Below, one piece after another: positions 29,134 through 39,425 of a stretch of DNA of 64,000 nt. The notes under the pieces are model-generated. The model searched no databases. It was not told the origin of the DNA and saw only the letters and a program-made list of their open reading frames with translations. The first letter of the stretch is position 1. Each line of letters starts with the position of its first letter. The position numbers were made by a program, and so were the translations under genes. Source of the DNA: Candidatus Woesearchaeota archaeon (GTDB taxonomy: Archaea; Nanobdellota; Nanobdellia; Woesearchaeales; SM23-78); assembly GCA_016932315.1 (NCBI GenBank), contig JAFGDD010000014.1, forward strand, positions 1,924 through 65,923. Direction: 5' to 3'.

Positions 29134-30174
29134 TCAGCATACAATGTGAGGTATATCCGCAATACAATAGTAGTCTGTCGGCGAGGTGTGGTTTGAGTCT
29201 ATCTGAAACCAGTCCTTGATAGGGTCCATATCATCATAGTCACATGTCACATTATCGTATCCGCTAGCATTTCCAAAGAGTATATAATCGACGATGCTCT
29301 TGGTACTTGTATAGTTTACCAGCTGCACTTCAAGCTCGTGTATGTTAACCAGGCTTTCTATGCCGTAGGGCGAGGATGACCAATTGCCTTCCATTCTCAT
29401 CAAGAAATCTGGCGCTAGAGGGTTGGCTATGTAGTACGAGTTGTTTATGTGAATCTGCAAGTTGGTGGTGTCGTTGCCTCCGATTACGAACTCTGTCATA
29501 TTAGTCTCCCTTATTGTGTTAGGCACCCTGCCGTAAGTGGCGACGCTGTAGACAGGATCTCTGATATTGCTGAGCGAAACTTCTGCGCTGTATATCTTAG
29601 CGAAATTCCAGTTCGCCAATCCTTTTCTGTCTGTTATGTCAACCAGCGTTGTAACGTTTACAGTCACGCTCCATGGAGACTGATGATAAAGAGTGATGTC
29701 TGTTACATTGATTGTGATGTCAATTCCTATCCTGCCAGCAATAATTTTAAGCCTGTCAAGGTAGTCCTTGTAAGTCGCGTTGATGAGCACATCAACCTGT
29801 GTGTTGTTTACTGTACCATTATAAAACGCAAGCTGGAAGGTTTCATGCAGTTGGCTGCGATTATTGAAGTATTGGCCTGAGCGCGCCACATAATCTTCCA
29901 TGGCAATTAATGCCCTGAAGCCTGAGATATATATGACTCTGTCAGAATCAGCATCTATGCTCTTGATAAAGTCATTGATGGTTCTCAGCCTGGTCTCCAC
30001 CACCTGCTGCCTTTTAGTGTACCTGTATTCCTTATATGCTATGAAAATAAATATCATTACCATTATGAATACTGAAGCGAGCAATAAGTAGAACATGCCT
30101 TTCTTGTTTTTGGATAAATTGTTGATTCTCATTCTCATTGCCAAACCTTTGCTTTCACTATTGTTGGACCCCAC
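29134..30174 (-). CDS. Pilin-like surface protein
   Basis: KKG-MFYLL class III-like leader; many NxT/S sequons. Confidence 0.75.
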   Translation of the reverse strand: MGSNNSESKGLAMRMRINNLSKNKKGMFYLLLASVFIMVMIFIFIAYKEYRYTKRQQVVETRLRTINDFIKSIDADSDRVIYISGFRALIAMEDYVARSGQYFNNRSQLHETFQLAFYNGTVNNTQVDVLINATYKDYLDRLKIIAGRIGIDITINVTDITLYHQSPWSVTVNVTTLVDITDRKGLANWNFAKIYSAEVSLSNIRDPVYSVATYGRVPNTIRETNMTEFVIGGNDTTNLQIHINNSYYIANPLAPDFLMRMEGNWSSSPYGIESLVNIHELEVQLVNYTSTKSIVDYILFGNASGYDNVTCDYDDMDPIKDWFQIDSNHTSPTDYYCIADIPHIVC

Positions 30175-32918
30175 AGGTACGGGACTGATGAAATCGTTGT
30201 TATCACAATCTCTATGTCTGTAGCATCAAGATTGACGAATATCTTGCCGTTGTCGTCAAAGTCAAGCGTCCTAAGCAGGTTAAACACTGCAACATCATAG
30301 GCATCAGTCTCATATTCGAGCGTATGGCTGGAATCAGTATAATTGCAGGCATCAGTTCCTGTATAATCTTCAGGGATGGTTTTCACGCTGTAGCTGTCAT
30401 CCTCGAACTGTATGGTCCAAATGCACCCGCCAGTAGATTCCACCACCCCTGAACGGGCAGTTGATGAAGGAACCAGCACAGTGTAAATCATTGAGTTGTT
30501 GTTTGAGCATCCTGTCCTGTTAACAGGAGAGTCTCCTGTTTCAACTATGAGGGCATGCGTGCCATTGGACAAGAGATTCACAGGTATCTGGATAGGATAA
30601 GGGTCTCCGAGGCGGGTGTAATCAGAGCTAAAAGATGATAGGTTGAATACGGTAGTGCCGTCGACAACAAGGGTGTCTGACCAATGATAGTCAGAATAGG
30701 AGACTATCTTGGCGTCCATCACCCTGATGCCGTCAGGAATTTCTATGTTTGGAGTGCAGCTGCCAAACTGCTCTGTCTGCAACACCAGGCTTATCTCATT
30801 AGGCTCAGGTGGAACAATGATAGGGTTATAAGTGAATTCTATATAGGAATCATTGTAAAGTATTGAAGGCGTTAAGTTTCCTTCGACAGTCACTATTTGT
30901 GCAGACTGTGTAGTTTCTGATACTATTTCATTTGAAACATTCCTGTAAAAATCACGGAGTATGGTGGCATTGCTACCTACAACAAAGCTCCCGTTGCCTG
31001 CTTCTGCTATGTGGCTGATAGTATAATTGGCATTAACGCAGGTCTCTAACGGACCAAAACCAATGCCATAGACTGTAACATTCAAGTCATCATGCAATCT
31101 TTGCGCCGCATTAATTGCGCTGTTAATCGGGCCGTCGCAATCAGTTCCTGAGCAATCTGCTTCATCTCCTGTGCATCCTGTAACCTGCCACCAGTCAGGC
31201 CAGGCGCTATTGGTGCTTGTTCCTGTCTCGTTGCATCGCCAATCAAGTATGCCAGCCCAGTATCCACCACAACAATAGGTTGGTACTCCATCGGTCATCA
31301 CAATAACTGATTTAGTCCTGTTCACACCGCTATAGGTATTAATTATTTCATAAGCCTGATTAATTGCACAGCAAAGGCATGTCCCTCCCTTTATCTCCTG
31401 CTGGCTCTTTGACTTGTACCTGTCATCAATCTCGTTCTCAATGTTGGTCTCTGTCAATAATGCAAGGTTAGAGCTGAAAAATGGATTAGCATCGTCTGAG
31501 AAATCAACCAACCAAAGCCTGTTAGTGTTGCCAGCCACTGAATCATTCATTATTATCGCGTTGACTTCTGAATCCAAGCAAGCTGCAACGCCGAGTCTTC
31601 TTGAATCAGGGTCGGTTATATCTTCCTCCTTGCAACCAGGAATAGCATTTCCAGGGTTACTCCAAGAATCCATCCTATACTTCATGCTGCCTGATAAGTC
31701 TGTTATGAGCACAACATCAGCATTGGTTCCGAATACTTCTATGTAAGTCTCGTTGTAAGATGCGAACCTGAGCGGGATGGTCTTATTGCTTAAATCATTA
31801 TAATTAAGGTTTATTGGGAAATTGGTCAGCTCAGCATCTGCAAGGGTTACTGTCGTCTCCCCGCTTGATTGGTTCTGATAAACAATTACATCACCCACTG
31901 ACAGATAGGTTTTGGCTGCGCTGTTAAAGTGCAGATGCACAGTCATGTTAGTCAATGTCCCTGGTATGTAAAAAGAATCATACAAGTTAGCCACGCCGAT
32001 CACGCCCGGGAAATAATCTATTTTCTCCCCTATAGACAAGTCCTGTAGCTGCTCTTCAGTCTTGTAGTTTATTTTTATGAAACCACCTGCAATGTAAGAT
32101 TCATTGATCGCACCATGGAATATTATTTTGAAATCATTCCTTCCTGAAGTTACAAATGTCTTGCAGCTCGTTATGTTCCAGTAATCAGGGCTCATGTTGG
32201 TGCCTGATGGGATGAAATCGCCACAGTGATTCTCATTGATGTAGAGAGAGAAATCAGATCCTGCATCCATCTCCATGTCAATGAGATATATCTGATCGCT
32301 GGTCACATCATCAGGGATATCATCGACAAACGCTGACAAGTTGCCCTGGCCAATGAAGCCTCCGAAATATACCAGGCTGCTGGTTCTCTTGTCGTCTATT
32401 CTTCTAAGGTAAGCTAACGAGCTGAAGCCCTGCAAAGGAGAGCCGTTCACAATGCCTGTTATCATCCTCTGCCCTACGACAAGGTTGGAAATATTTAGCT
32501 GTGACTGGTTGAAGAGCACGTGCTCTGCAGCTGATACATTGCCCTGCATTGATAGGTTAAAGCTCATGCCTTGCGGCAGTATGTCATCGAGCGTGAAGCT
32601 TGAAAGGATTCTGGCCTTGTCAACTTCTCCTGCTGCCCAATAAGTGCCTATCTGCTCGAGAACGCTGAGGTTCATGTTGGTGTATGAGCTTGACAAGTTG
32701 GTTGACACAAATGAGCTGTCTATCTCGCTCATGTTAAGCTCTGAAAGCGATGAGAGCAGGTCCATGGTTATAAACTCGATGTTCTCCTTTGGATGCTCTG
32801 AAATCAAGTGATGGGAGATAATCAGCAGCCCACCTATAAGGAGCATGGCTGCAAGTACAGCGTCGAAAGTGAACATGAAGCCTTTCCTATTCCTAATAAT
32901 GAGCCTTCCTAATCCCAT
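30135..32918 (-). CDS. Large pilin-like adhesin with VWA domain
   Basis: RKG-FMFTFD leader; DLSGSM and VMTDGVP MIDAS residues; Cys-rich inserts. Confidence 0.85.
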   Translation of the reverse strand: MGLGRLIIRNRKGFMFTFDAVLAAMLLIGGLLIISHHLISEHPKENIEFITMDLLSSLSELNMSEIDSSFVSTNLSSSYTNMNLSVLEQIGTYWAAGEVDKARILSSFTLDDILPQGMSFNLSMQGNVSAAEHVLFNQSQLNISNLVVGQRMITGIVNGSPLQGFSSLAYLRRIDDKRTSSLVYFGGFIGQGNLSAFVDDIPDDVTSDQIYLIDMEMDAGSDFSLYINENHCGDFIPSGTNMSPDYWNITSCKTFVTSGRNDFKIIFHGAINESYIAGGFIKINYKTEEQLQDLSIGEKIDYFPGVIGVANLYDSFYIPGTLTNMTVHLHFNSAAKTYLSVGDVIVYQNQSSGETTVTLADAELTNFPINLNYNDLSNKTIPLRFASYNETYIEVFGTNADVVLITDLSGSMKYRMDSWSNPGNAIPGCKEEDITDPDSRRLGVAACLDSEVNAIIMNDSVAGNTNRLWLVDFSDDANPFFSSNLALLTETNIENEIDDRYKSKSQQEIKGGTCLCCAINQAYEIINTYSGVNRTKSVIVMTDGVPTYCCGGYWAGILDWRCNETGTSTNSAWPDWWQVTGCTGDEADCSGTDCDGPINSAINAAQRLHDDLNVTVYGIGFGPLETCVNANYTISHIAEAGNGSFVVGSNATILRDFYRNVSNEIVSETTQSAQIVTVEGNLTPSILYNDSYIEFTYNPIIVPPEPNEISLVLQTEQFGSCTPNIEIPDGIRVMDAKIVSYSDYHWSDTLVVDGTTVFNLSSFSSDYTRLGDPYPIQIPVNLLSNGTHALIVETGDSPVNRTGCSNNNSMIYTVLVPSSTARSGVVESTGGCIWTIQFEDDSYSVKTIPEDYTGTDACNYTDSSHTLEYETDAYDVAVFNLLRTLDFDDNGKIFVNLDATDIEIVITTISSVPYLWGPTIVKAKVWQ

Positions 32919-33490
32919 ACATAAACCACCATTCTGACAATGTCTGAATTATAAACTGACAATCTTGTGAGTTTTATCATGTTATCATATGATATTGAGG
33001 CAAATATAGGGTTAGTGCAGTTGGTTATGCCTGGCGCCGGCGTAGTATAGTTAATGACAATCGATGGATAGCCTATTTTGCAAAGCTCATCATTGAATTC
33101 TACCATATCATTGTACCTGTTCTGGAATATCACAAGAAAATCATGCTTGGCCTGAAGCTTGGATTTTAATGCAGTGTAGTTAAGGTAGCTGTTGTTCATG
33201 GCATGGAGAACTTTTGCCTGGTCAAGGCGATTGCCAGTGAGAAGCCCAGGCCTTATGGCGCTCTCATTAGTCCAATTAACAGGGTAGCCTTCTGAAAGAA
33301 ATGTCTCGCTTATCTTCACAGCATCATCCTTCAGCTCTTCAAAAGCAGTGTTTGTATTGAAGCTGTTTATCAGGATCTTTACAGATATAAGCGCAGCTAT
33401 GATGAACAAAAGCATTGCGATTGTGTAGTCCGATATCCACACCTGCGATTTTTTATTCGATGTTTTTTTATAAGTTGTTTTGCGCGCCAT
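32909..33490 (-). CDS. Minor pilin-like protein
   Basis: KKS-QVWISD leader; SEGYPVNW motif. Confidence 0.8.
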   Translation of the reverse strand: MARKTTYKKTSNKKSQVWISDYTIAMLLFIIAALISVKILINSFNTNTAFEELKDDAVKISETFLSEGYPVNWTNESAIRPGLLTGNRLDQAKVLHAMNNSYLNYTALKSKLQAKHDFLVIFQNRYNDMVEFNDELCKIGYPSIVINYTTPAPGITNCTNPIFASISYDNMIKLTRLSVYNSDIVRMVVYVWD

Positions 33491-33548
33491 TATTTTTCAG
33501 TTCAATTAGTTATTTATGTTAGCTTGTTATATCATGTCCTTTATTCAT

Positions 33549-34001
33549 TTATGAATTCGTGATTATCACGCTGTTTTCATTAGGCTTTGATATCTTGTTA
33601 TTACCTTTCTGAAATGCGCCGCTGGTTATGTTAGGCATAGCGAAAAGATGCTCTGCGCCCCTGTAAGTAATAACAATATCATATGCAGTGCAGGTTATGG
33701 AATATTCCGAATCCCCTGCCTTCTCAGGTATCAATATCGTTCTTTCATAGCCAGGCTCAACTTCTGCTGCAAGTATTAATTCGCTCTGCAAGGCATAGCC
33801 CAAGTCCTGCAGCCTGTTGATGTTCTTCTCTTCAGAATAATCATGCGTAAGGACTAATACTACCCCCATGAACATGACCATCACTACCATGGCTAATGAC
33901 ACCATCAGCATGAACTCAATAGCCACCTGGGCTTTTCTCTCATTAATGATGCTTACCCACCCCCTAAAAAATTTGATTAAAAATTTAATAATCATAAGCA
34001 T
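33549..34001 (-). CDS. Minor type IV pilin
   Basis: RKA-QVAIEF class III signal; the true start is probably downstream of the ORF start. Confidence 0.85.
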   Translation of the reverse strand: MLMIIKFLIKFFRGWVSIINERKAQVAIEFMLMVSLAMVVMVMFMGVVLVLTHDYSEEKNINRLQDLGYALQSELILAAEVEPGYERTILIPEKAGDSEYSITCTAYDIVITYRGAEHLFAMPNITSGAFQKGNNKISKPNENSVIITNS

Positions 34002-34022
34002 AATCGCTCAAATTTATTATCA

Positions 34023-34472
34023 TTACTCACTAATCTTTACCTCACTGGATTCAAATGTTTCAACTGATTCAATAGAAATGCGATGAATGCCCTCATTATA
34101 AAGCAGAGCGCTGTCGTCTGTTATGTTGGCAGCCAGCCACTTGACCAGCTCATAATCCCCGCTCGAAGATTCCACAGTGAATACTATCGCATTATCCTGA
34201 AAAGAAATCCCCTTTACATTGTCAGGCATGTAGACAATTATGGTTTTCTTGCTCGGAGTGCCCAGGTAATAAACTTCGTCGCCAGCATCCCTTATCTCGC
34301 TGGCAATCTTGTCAACCTGGCTGGCAGTGACTTCTGTGTTGATGTTGTCAGTTTGCTGGTAGAACAGGATAATCAAAGGAATTGTTAGCAAGAAGGCGAA
34401 GCCTACCACCATCAAGAACTCCAAGCTGACCTGCGCCCTAGCCTGCTGATTGATAATACCTCTTTTTTTCAT
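34023..34472 (-). CDS. Minor type IV pilin
   Basis: RA-QVSLEF class III signal. Confidence 0.87.
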   Translation of the reverse strand: MKKRGIINQQARAQVSLEFLMVVGFAFLLTIPLIILFYQQTDNINTEVTASQVDKIASEIRDAGDEVYYLGTPSKKTIIVYMPDNVKGISFQDNAIVFTVESSSGDYELVKWLAANITDDSALLYNEGIHRISIESVETFESSEVKISE

Positions 34473-34697
34473 CTGTTAATAAAGATTGTAAAAGGAAGTT
34501 TATAAAGTTAATTGAAGATTAACAACGCTAATATGCAGAAGAGAGGAATCCAATACTATGCTGTAATTGATGTGCGGCCTGCTACAAGCTATGACACTAG
34601 TGAAAAATCATTGATAGAAATGATTAAATCTGATGCAATGCTGAGAAAACTAATTTGGCAATAACCAATAAATTGAATAAGGAGGGAATTATTTTCG

Positions 34698-35270
34698 ATG
34701 GCAACACCAACAAGCGAATGGGAAACAATCAAAAGACCAGGGTGGTTCGGCGAGGGCAGGGATAATATTCTCTCCGGGTATGATAGGCAATATGGGCCAA
34801 GCAATTGGAGGATTAGGCACATTCTCGGCCCTCGAATTCTGGACTTTAATGAATCTGTTCAGCTTTATGAATTATCATATGAGCTAGACTTTAATCATCC
34901 TGATAGGAGATACATCTGGAATAACCTCATCACGAGGGCAAAAGATGTTTGGACTGAACAGTTAACTGATATAAATTCAGGCATGGATTATTCAATCCAA
35001 AAAGCTCCAGCAGCACATTACGAGGATATTGCAATCAGGCGGATTATGGATAAATACGGTAAGAAATTTAAAGGGGAAGAATTAATCAGGGTCAGGGCGG
35101 ATAGTGAAGACTTGGTAGGAAAGGTTCTTAGTTCAATACACATTCCATTCATCTATCCTGATTATATCGAGAGCCCTCCTGATGACAAAATATACTGGTG
35201 GAACAGGCACAAGGGATCTCTGGAATGCTTCTGGCATTTTAATAAAGTCCTTCAGGTAAAAAAAGAATAA
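34698..35270 (+). CDS. Hypothetical Trp-rich soluble protein
   Basis: GGAGG RBS; 190-aa ORF; no recognised family. Confidence 0.75.
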   Translation: MATPTSEWETIKRPGWFGEGRDNILSGYDRQYGPSNWRIRHILGPRILDFNESVQLYELSYELDFNHPDRRYIWNNLITRAKDVWTEQLTDINSGMDYSIQKAPAAHYEDIAIRRIMDKYGKKFKGEELIRVRADSEDLVGKVLSSIHIPFIYPDYIESPPDDKIYWWNRHKGSLECFWHFNKVLQVKKE

Positions 35271-35292
35271 TAAATTAGAAAAGAATAATAAA

Positions 35293-36069
35293 TCACCCTA
35301 TATAGCTCGTGTCCTGGTGGCTCGCAGACGATAGTTTTTCTTCTTCGAGCAGTTCCTGCTGCTTGGCTATTGGCTTGATGTCTTTCTCCAGCTTGGTTAT
35401 GTCCTTCTCTACTTTGCTCATGTCCAGGCCAAGCTTGTATTTCTGCTCCAGAAGCTTCATTATTTCCTTGGCTTCTCTTAATCCTAAGTGCATTGGATGG
35501 GCAAATGTCTCTGACAACAAGCATGCTGCCCTTATTTTTTCTTCCTTGCTTAATCCTAGAAGAAGCCCTGATATTCCCATTATTGGCCCTACTATGCCGT
35601 GCAGCTTGTTATTTACGCCTAGCTTCACGAATTCATCGATAAATTTCTTGTCATTGCCTGTGCAAAACAGGCGCGGCTTTTCAGGCGGTGCTTGTAATCC
35701 TATGCCTCCGAGGGTTACTATTTCCTTGCATTTATACTTAACAGCAACGTCTATTACTGCGTGGGCAAAGGAGTATGAGTCTTCTTCCCTCATTGGCTGA
35801 ACGTCGCCGACTAGGAATAAGAAGTCTTGCTTGCCTTTCTTCTTGTGCTTGAACTCTATCCTTGGAAGCTCTACCATGTTGTCTTCCTGAACAAACACAG
35901 AATTGGGGAGGCAGTCTGAGAATAGTTTTATTATAGGCTCTGCTTTGAGCTGATCAACCATGATGTCTGCTGCTATCTTGCCGACGTTGCCAATCCCTGG
36001 CATTCCTACGATTAGCACTGGCTTGTTAATCTTCACTTTCTTGATAATAGTTGTTTTCCACTCTGGCAT
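35293..36069 (-). CDS. PAC2 family proteasome assembly chaperone
   Basis: GMPGIGNVGKIA, GDVQP, TLGG; conserved position after nop10. Confidence 0.92.
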   Translation of the reverse strand: MPEWKTTIIKKVKINKPVLIVGMPGIGNVGKIAADIMVDQLKAEPIIKLFSDCLPNSVFVQEDNMVELPRIEFKHKKKGKQDFLFLVGDVQPMREEDSYSFAHAVIDVAVKYKCKEIVTLGGIGLQAPPEKPRLFCTGNDKKFIDEFVKLGVNNKLHGIVGPIMGISGLLLGLSKEEKIRAACLLSETFAHPMHLGLREAKEIMKLLEQKYKLGLDMSKVEKDITKLEKDIKPIAKQQELLEEEKLSSASHQDTSYIG

Positions 36070-36202
36070 ATTACTTCTCTCATAATATTTCTTTGAATTA
36101 TAAAATTAAAACTTAAAATTATTTTTAGGCGCCTCAACAAAAACCAATGATTTTTGAGCTGTCAGCAGAGCCGACAACGCCGGCGGGGCTTTCAACGGGG
36201 AT

Positions 36203-36367
36203 TCATTTTTCTTCTTTATGCTCTTCCTTGTACTGCCGCCTATAATCTCCGTACTTATCTTCTGGGCTGTACTTGGGAGGCTTAGGCTTTGACCTTGTTC
36301 CTCCGCAGCTGCACTTGTCTTTTAATCCATAGCTTCCGCATTCGCGGCATTTAAGTATGTGAAGCAT
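36203..36367 (-). CDS. nop10: H/ACA RNP protein Nop10
   Basis: KCRECGSY..CSCGG..PPKYSPEDKYGDYRR. Confidence 0.95.
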   Translation of the reverse strand: MLHILKCRECGSYGLKDKCSCGGTRSKPKPPKYSPEDKYGDYRRQYKEEHKEEK

Positions 36368-36371
36368 GATA

Positions 36372-37154
36372 TTATTCTCCTTGCCTCTCAAAGGTTATTG
36401 CGCCTTTTTTTCCACCTACAATTTCAGTCATCTTATCCTGAGTTTTCTTGAGCAGGTTTTCTGCGAGCTTGTAATCCTTGGCAGTTATGAGCATCCTATA
36501 AGTGCCTCCTCCAAGGTAGTTGATGCTTGTGTCAGGAGCAATCTTTTTTGCTTCTTCAAAAGCCTTTTTTATTAGTTCCAAGCCTGTTTCCTCATAAGTC
36601 TGGATGGATATCTTGATAATAATCTCGACTTTTTTTGGTTTAACCTTTTCCCGGATTAATTCTTCAAGTTTTGCAGCAAGTTCTTTCTCAACGCCAAGTT
36701 TTTCGAGTGAGATATTCTTTTCAACCACGTCTTCAAAAGCTAGGTAGAGCCAGAGATAGTGCTTCATTAATGGCTGGGCTATTTCCTTGTAGAGCTGCTC
36801 CACAGGCTTCTTCAGCCTTTCAGAAAGCCCTATAATTATCTTCTCTGCCTTCTGCTCCTGCTTTATAGCATCTGTCTTGCTGCGCCTCTGAGACTCATTA
36901 ACTCTTCTCAATGAGAGGTCTATGTGCCCTCTTTCAGGATCAACCCTTATAACCTTGCAGACTATCTTCTTATCCTCGATGACAAAGTCTCTTATGTTTC
37001 TTATCCTGCCAGCGCTTACTTCAGAAATTGGGATTAAGCCTTGCTTGTTCTCATACTCGTCGAGCAGGACTGTAACTGCGTGGTATTGTATCTTGGTGAC
37101 TGTGCAGAACACCAGTTCTTCTTCCTGTGGGAATCCTTCACGCCTTAACAGCAT
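36372..37154 (-). CDS. eif2a: Translation initiation factor 2 alpha subunit
   Basis: S1 domain, ISEVSAGRIRNIRD, HIDLSLRRV. Confidence 0.96.
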   Translation of the reverse strand: MLLRREGFPQEEELVFCTVTKIQYHAVTVLLDEYENKQGLIPISEVSAGRIRNIRDFVIEDKKIVCKVIRVDPERGHIDLSLRRVNESQRRSKTDAIKQEQKAEKIIIGLSERLKKPVEQLYKEIAQPLMKHYLWLYLAFEDVVEKNISLEKLGVEKELAAKLEELIREKVKPKKVEIIIKISIQTYEETGLELIKKAFEEAKKIAPDTSINYLGGGTYRMLITAKDYKLAENLLKKTQDKMTEIVGGKKGAITFERQGE

Positions 37155-37196
37155 TTTTTTGCTCCGCTTTCAATCAAAAGTCTTTTCTTTCAAAGC

Positions 37197-37400
37197 TTAC
37201 TCTAACACCTCAAGCACCCTGGCCTTGACCCTTGTCTTTCCGCCAGTGGGGCCTGCGAGTTCCTTGCCGCAAACCAGGCACCTGACTGTTGATGCTGACT
37301 TGCCGAACACTATCTGTTCATTCTTGCACTTCGGGCATCTTAGCTTGATAAACTTGCTCTTAGGTTCTTTAGCATCCATACTACCTTCCTCCTCTTTCAT
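37197..37400 (-). CDS. rps27e: 30S ribosomal protein S27e
   Basis: SKFIKLRCPKCKNEQIVF..CLVCG..PTGGK; the start may be 37379. Confidence 0.97.
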   Translation of the reverse strand: MKEEEGSMDAKEPKSKFIKLRCPKCKNEQIVFGKSASTVRCLVCGKELAGPTGGKTRVKARVLEVLE

Positions 37401-37482
37401 ACAATATTATGAGTTAGATGAAAAGAATAAGCAGGGATTTATAAAGGTTTGTCTCAGTAATCTCAGAAAATCTCAGAAAAAA

Positions 37483-38904
37483 TTAATAGTCTTCGTAGCC
37501 TGTTATTTTCTTTATTCCTTTGTTAACTCCTAATCCTATTAAACCTCCTCCTAAGGCTCCTAAGAGGCCGAATAGAATGACTGAGGCTTCGCTGTAATCG
37601 TGCAAGTCAAATCCTTTTTTTGTGTTCTTGTTGTAAATATCAAATGTTAGTTTGGTTATCTCCCGGTAAAGTTTTTTGCTGTTGCCTTTCTTGCCGTTCA
37701 TCTCGATGTCGATTAGCTCTAGTATCATCTTGTCAAGAACAGGAATGTTCTGCTTTGTATAAGCGATGCTGCTTATTATTTCCTCAATAAGCTTGTACGC
37801 CCCTTGGCCTGCTAACAGGTTGGCTTTTGCCACTCGATACTCATATGGGCCAGCATCACTGCTCGAATTGGTTTCATAAGAGTAACGTGGTCGAGCTGTT
37901 TCTTTTGCCTCTCGCCATCTGTCTGCTCCTGACTTTAGTTGATTCAGGTATGATTTTATGTCTGGTAGGTTAGCTTTTATAGTAGAACCATCGTACCATG
38001 TATTAGCTATTGCAAAGAATTCTGCTTCTGTTGCAGGAACATCTTTCTGGTTCATCCTGCTTTTCTGAGCCGCCATTTTCCCTCCAGAATTAATTTTTGA
38101 TGTTGTGAGTATTTTTTCCTTGATATCCAGAGAAGGGAATCTAATGAGCAGTCTATCAAGGTCTTGAGACGCCCAGTCACCCATGCTTTTGTTAAAAACA
38201 TATGTGTGGTCTGTGTGATCATAAACTGGTCTTGTACTTACAACTGGTGTTGTTGTTGAGTTCCCCTCTGAATCTGTTGTGGTTTGAAAATCGATATATA
38301 TTTCTGTCCTGTATTTATTGTCATGGTCTTCATCCCAGGTATCAGCAAATTTATTGTTAACTGTATGAATATAACCCATGAATTCAGAGAAATCATCAAG
38401 TTGTTTTAATGCTGCGTCTGCCTGCTGCGGTATTGCGGGCAATAGATTTCTGAGCTCGTAATGGTGGCGTTGGAGCGCGGCAAACTTTGGGTCTCTCCTA
38501 ATTTGCAGTTCCTGCGCAAACATCTTTACTTCCTTAATCCTTTTCTTCGCGTCTGTTTCTTTTGCTTCTGTCAGGGCTTTTTGATAAGCTTCTGAATTGG
38601 CTGTGATACGGCATTCAAGTATTTTCATAAGGCAGTCACTAGTGCTTGTCAGGTAGCGCATTATTGGCCCTAGTGCTATCCCTGCCTTTTCAGCATCCCT
38701 TTCAATCTGCGTTATTTCCGAGAATCCGAGTGGTTGCAGGTTGCTTTTCTTTTTCTCGCTGTCATGCACTGCAGAGCCGATCCATAATCCTCCAACTAAT
38801 GCTCCTGTTATGAGCGCTGTAGCTGTGCCTCTAAGGACTGCCTTTAGTCCTTCTGAGAACATGATGCTTGTTCTAGGAGCCTCTTGTTTGAAATCATAAT
38901 CCAT
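37483..38904 (-). CDS. Hypothetical membrane protein with N- and C-terminal TM helices
   Basis: 473-aa ORF with hydrophobic segments at both ends. Confidence 0.8.
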   Translation of the reverse strand: MDYDFKQEAPRTSIMFSEGLKAVLRGTATALITGALVGGLWIGSAVHDSEKKKSNLQPLGFSEITQIERDAEKAGIALGPIMRYLTSTSDCLMKILECRITANSEAYQKALTEAKETDAKKRIKEVKMFAQELQIRRDPKFAALQRHHYELRNLLPAIPQQADAALKQLDDFSEFMGYIHTVNNKFADTWDEDHDNKYRTEIYIDFQTTTDSEGNSTTTPVVSTRPVYDHTDHTYVFNKSMGDWASQDLDRLLIRFPSLDIKEKILTTSKINSGGKMAAQKSRMNQKDVPATEAEFFAIANTWYDGSTIKANLPDIKSYLNQLKSGADRWREAKETARPRYSYETNSSSDAGPYEYRVAKANLLAGQGAYKLIEEIISSIAYTKQNIPVLDKMILELIDIEMNGKKGNSKKLYREITKLTFDIYNKNTKKGFDLHDYSEASVILFGLLGALGGGLIGLGVNKGIKKITGYEDY

Positions 38905-39064
38905 GAATAGAAGGATACATTGTTAATTTTTAAATCTTTTGATATAGTAACCTCTTTAAAGTAGTTATTTTTAATTAAGAGAGTATTTGAGTCTCTCGAT
39001 AAAAAAAATTCCTGCTTATAAAAAACACGAGAAACAATAAAGAAAAAAAGTTACTGACTTGTAT

Positions 39065-39376
39065 TTACACCAGCTCTACCTTTTTAGCCCTGAAACCTTT
39101 ACCTTGGGTGTGGGTCTTGTTGCACTCCTTGCAGGTAAACCTGAAGTCTGTTTTCTTGCTAAGCTTCTTACCGCTCATCTTAGGCTTGGGAGGCTTGGAA
39201 TATCTTCCAAGGTTACCATGACCCCTCCTGAGCCCTCTCGCCCGGACCCTCGCAGTTGAGCCCCTGGACATTGGCCTGGCAGCATTCCTTCCTCTCTTCT
39301 TTGCCAAGCTCACCTTTTGCTCAGTGTGCTTCCTGCAAAAAGGGCAGTATCTCCGCATAGTCTTCCTTATCTTCAT
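39065..39376 (-). CDS. rpl44e: 50S ribosomal protein L44e
   Basis: RRYCPFCRKHT...KKTDFRFTCKEC. Confidence 0.97.
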   Translation of the reverse strand: MKIRKTMRRYCPFCRKHTEQKVSLAKKRGRNAARPMSRGSTARVRARGLRRGHGNLGRYSKPPKPKMSGKKLSKKTDFRFTCKECNKTHTQGKGFRAKKVELV

Positions 39377-39425
39377 CTTATCGTCGTTGGAGAAGCCCAG
39401 GGTTTAAAAAGGTTGTTGTTTTTTA

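Noticed and set aside
34533-34664. 43-aa ORF MQKRGIQYY... upstream of 34698
   Set aside because: Short, no motif and no hydrophobic pilin segment; cannot be supported.
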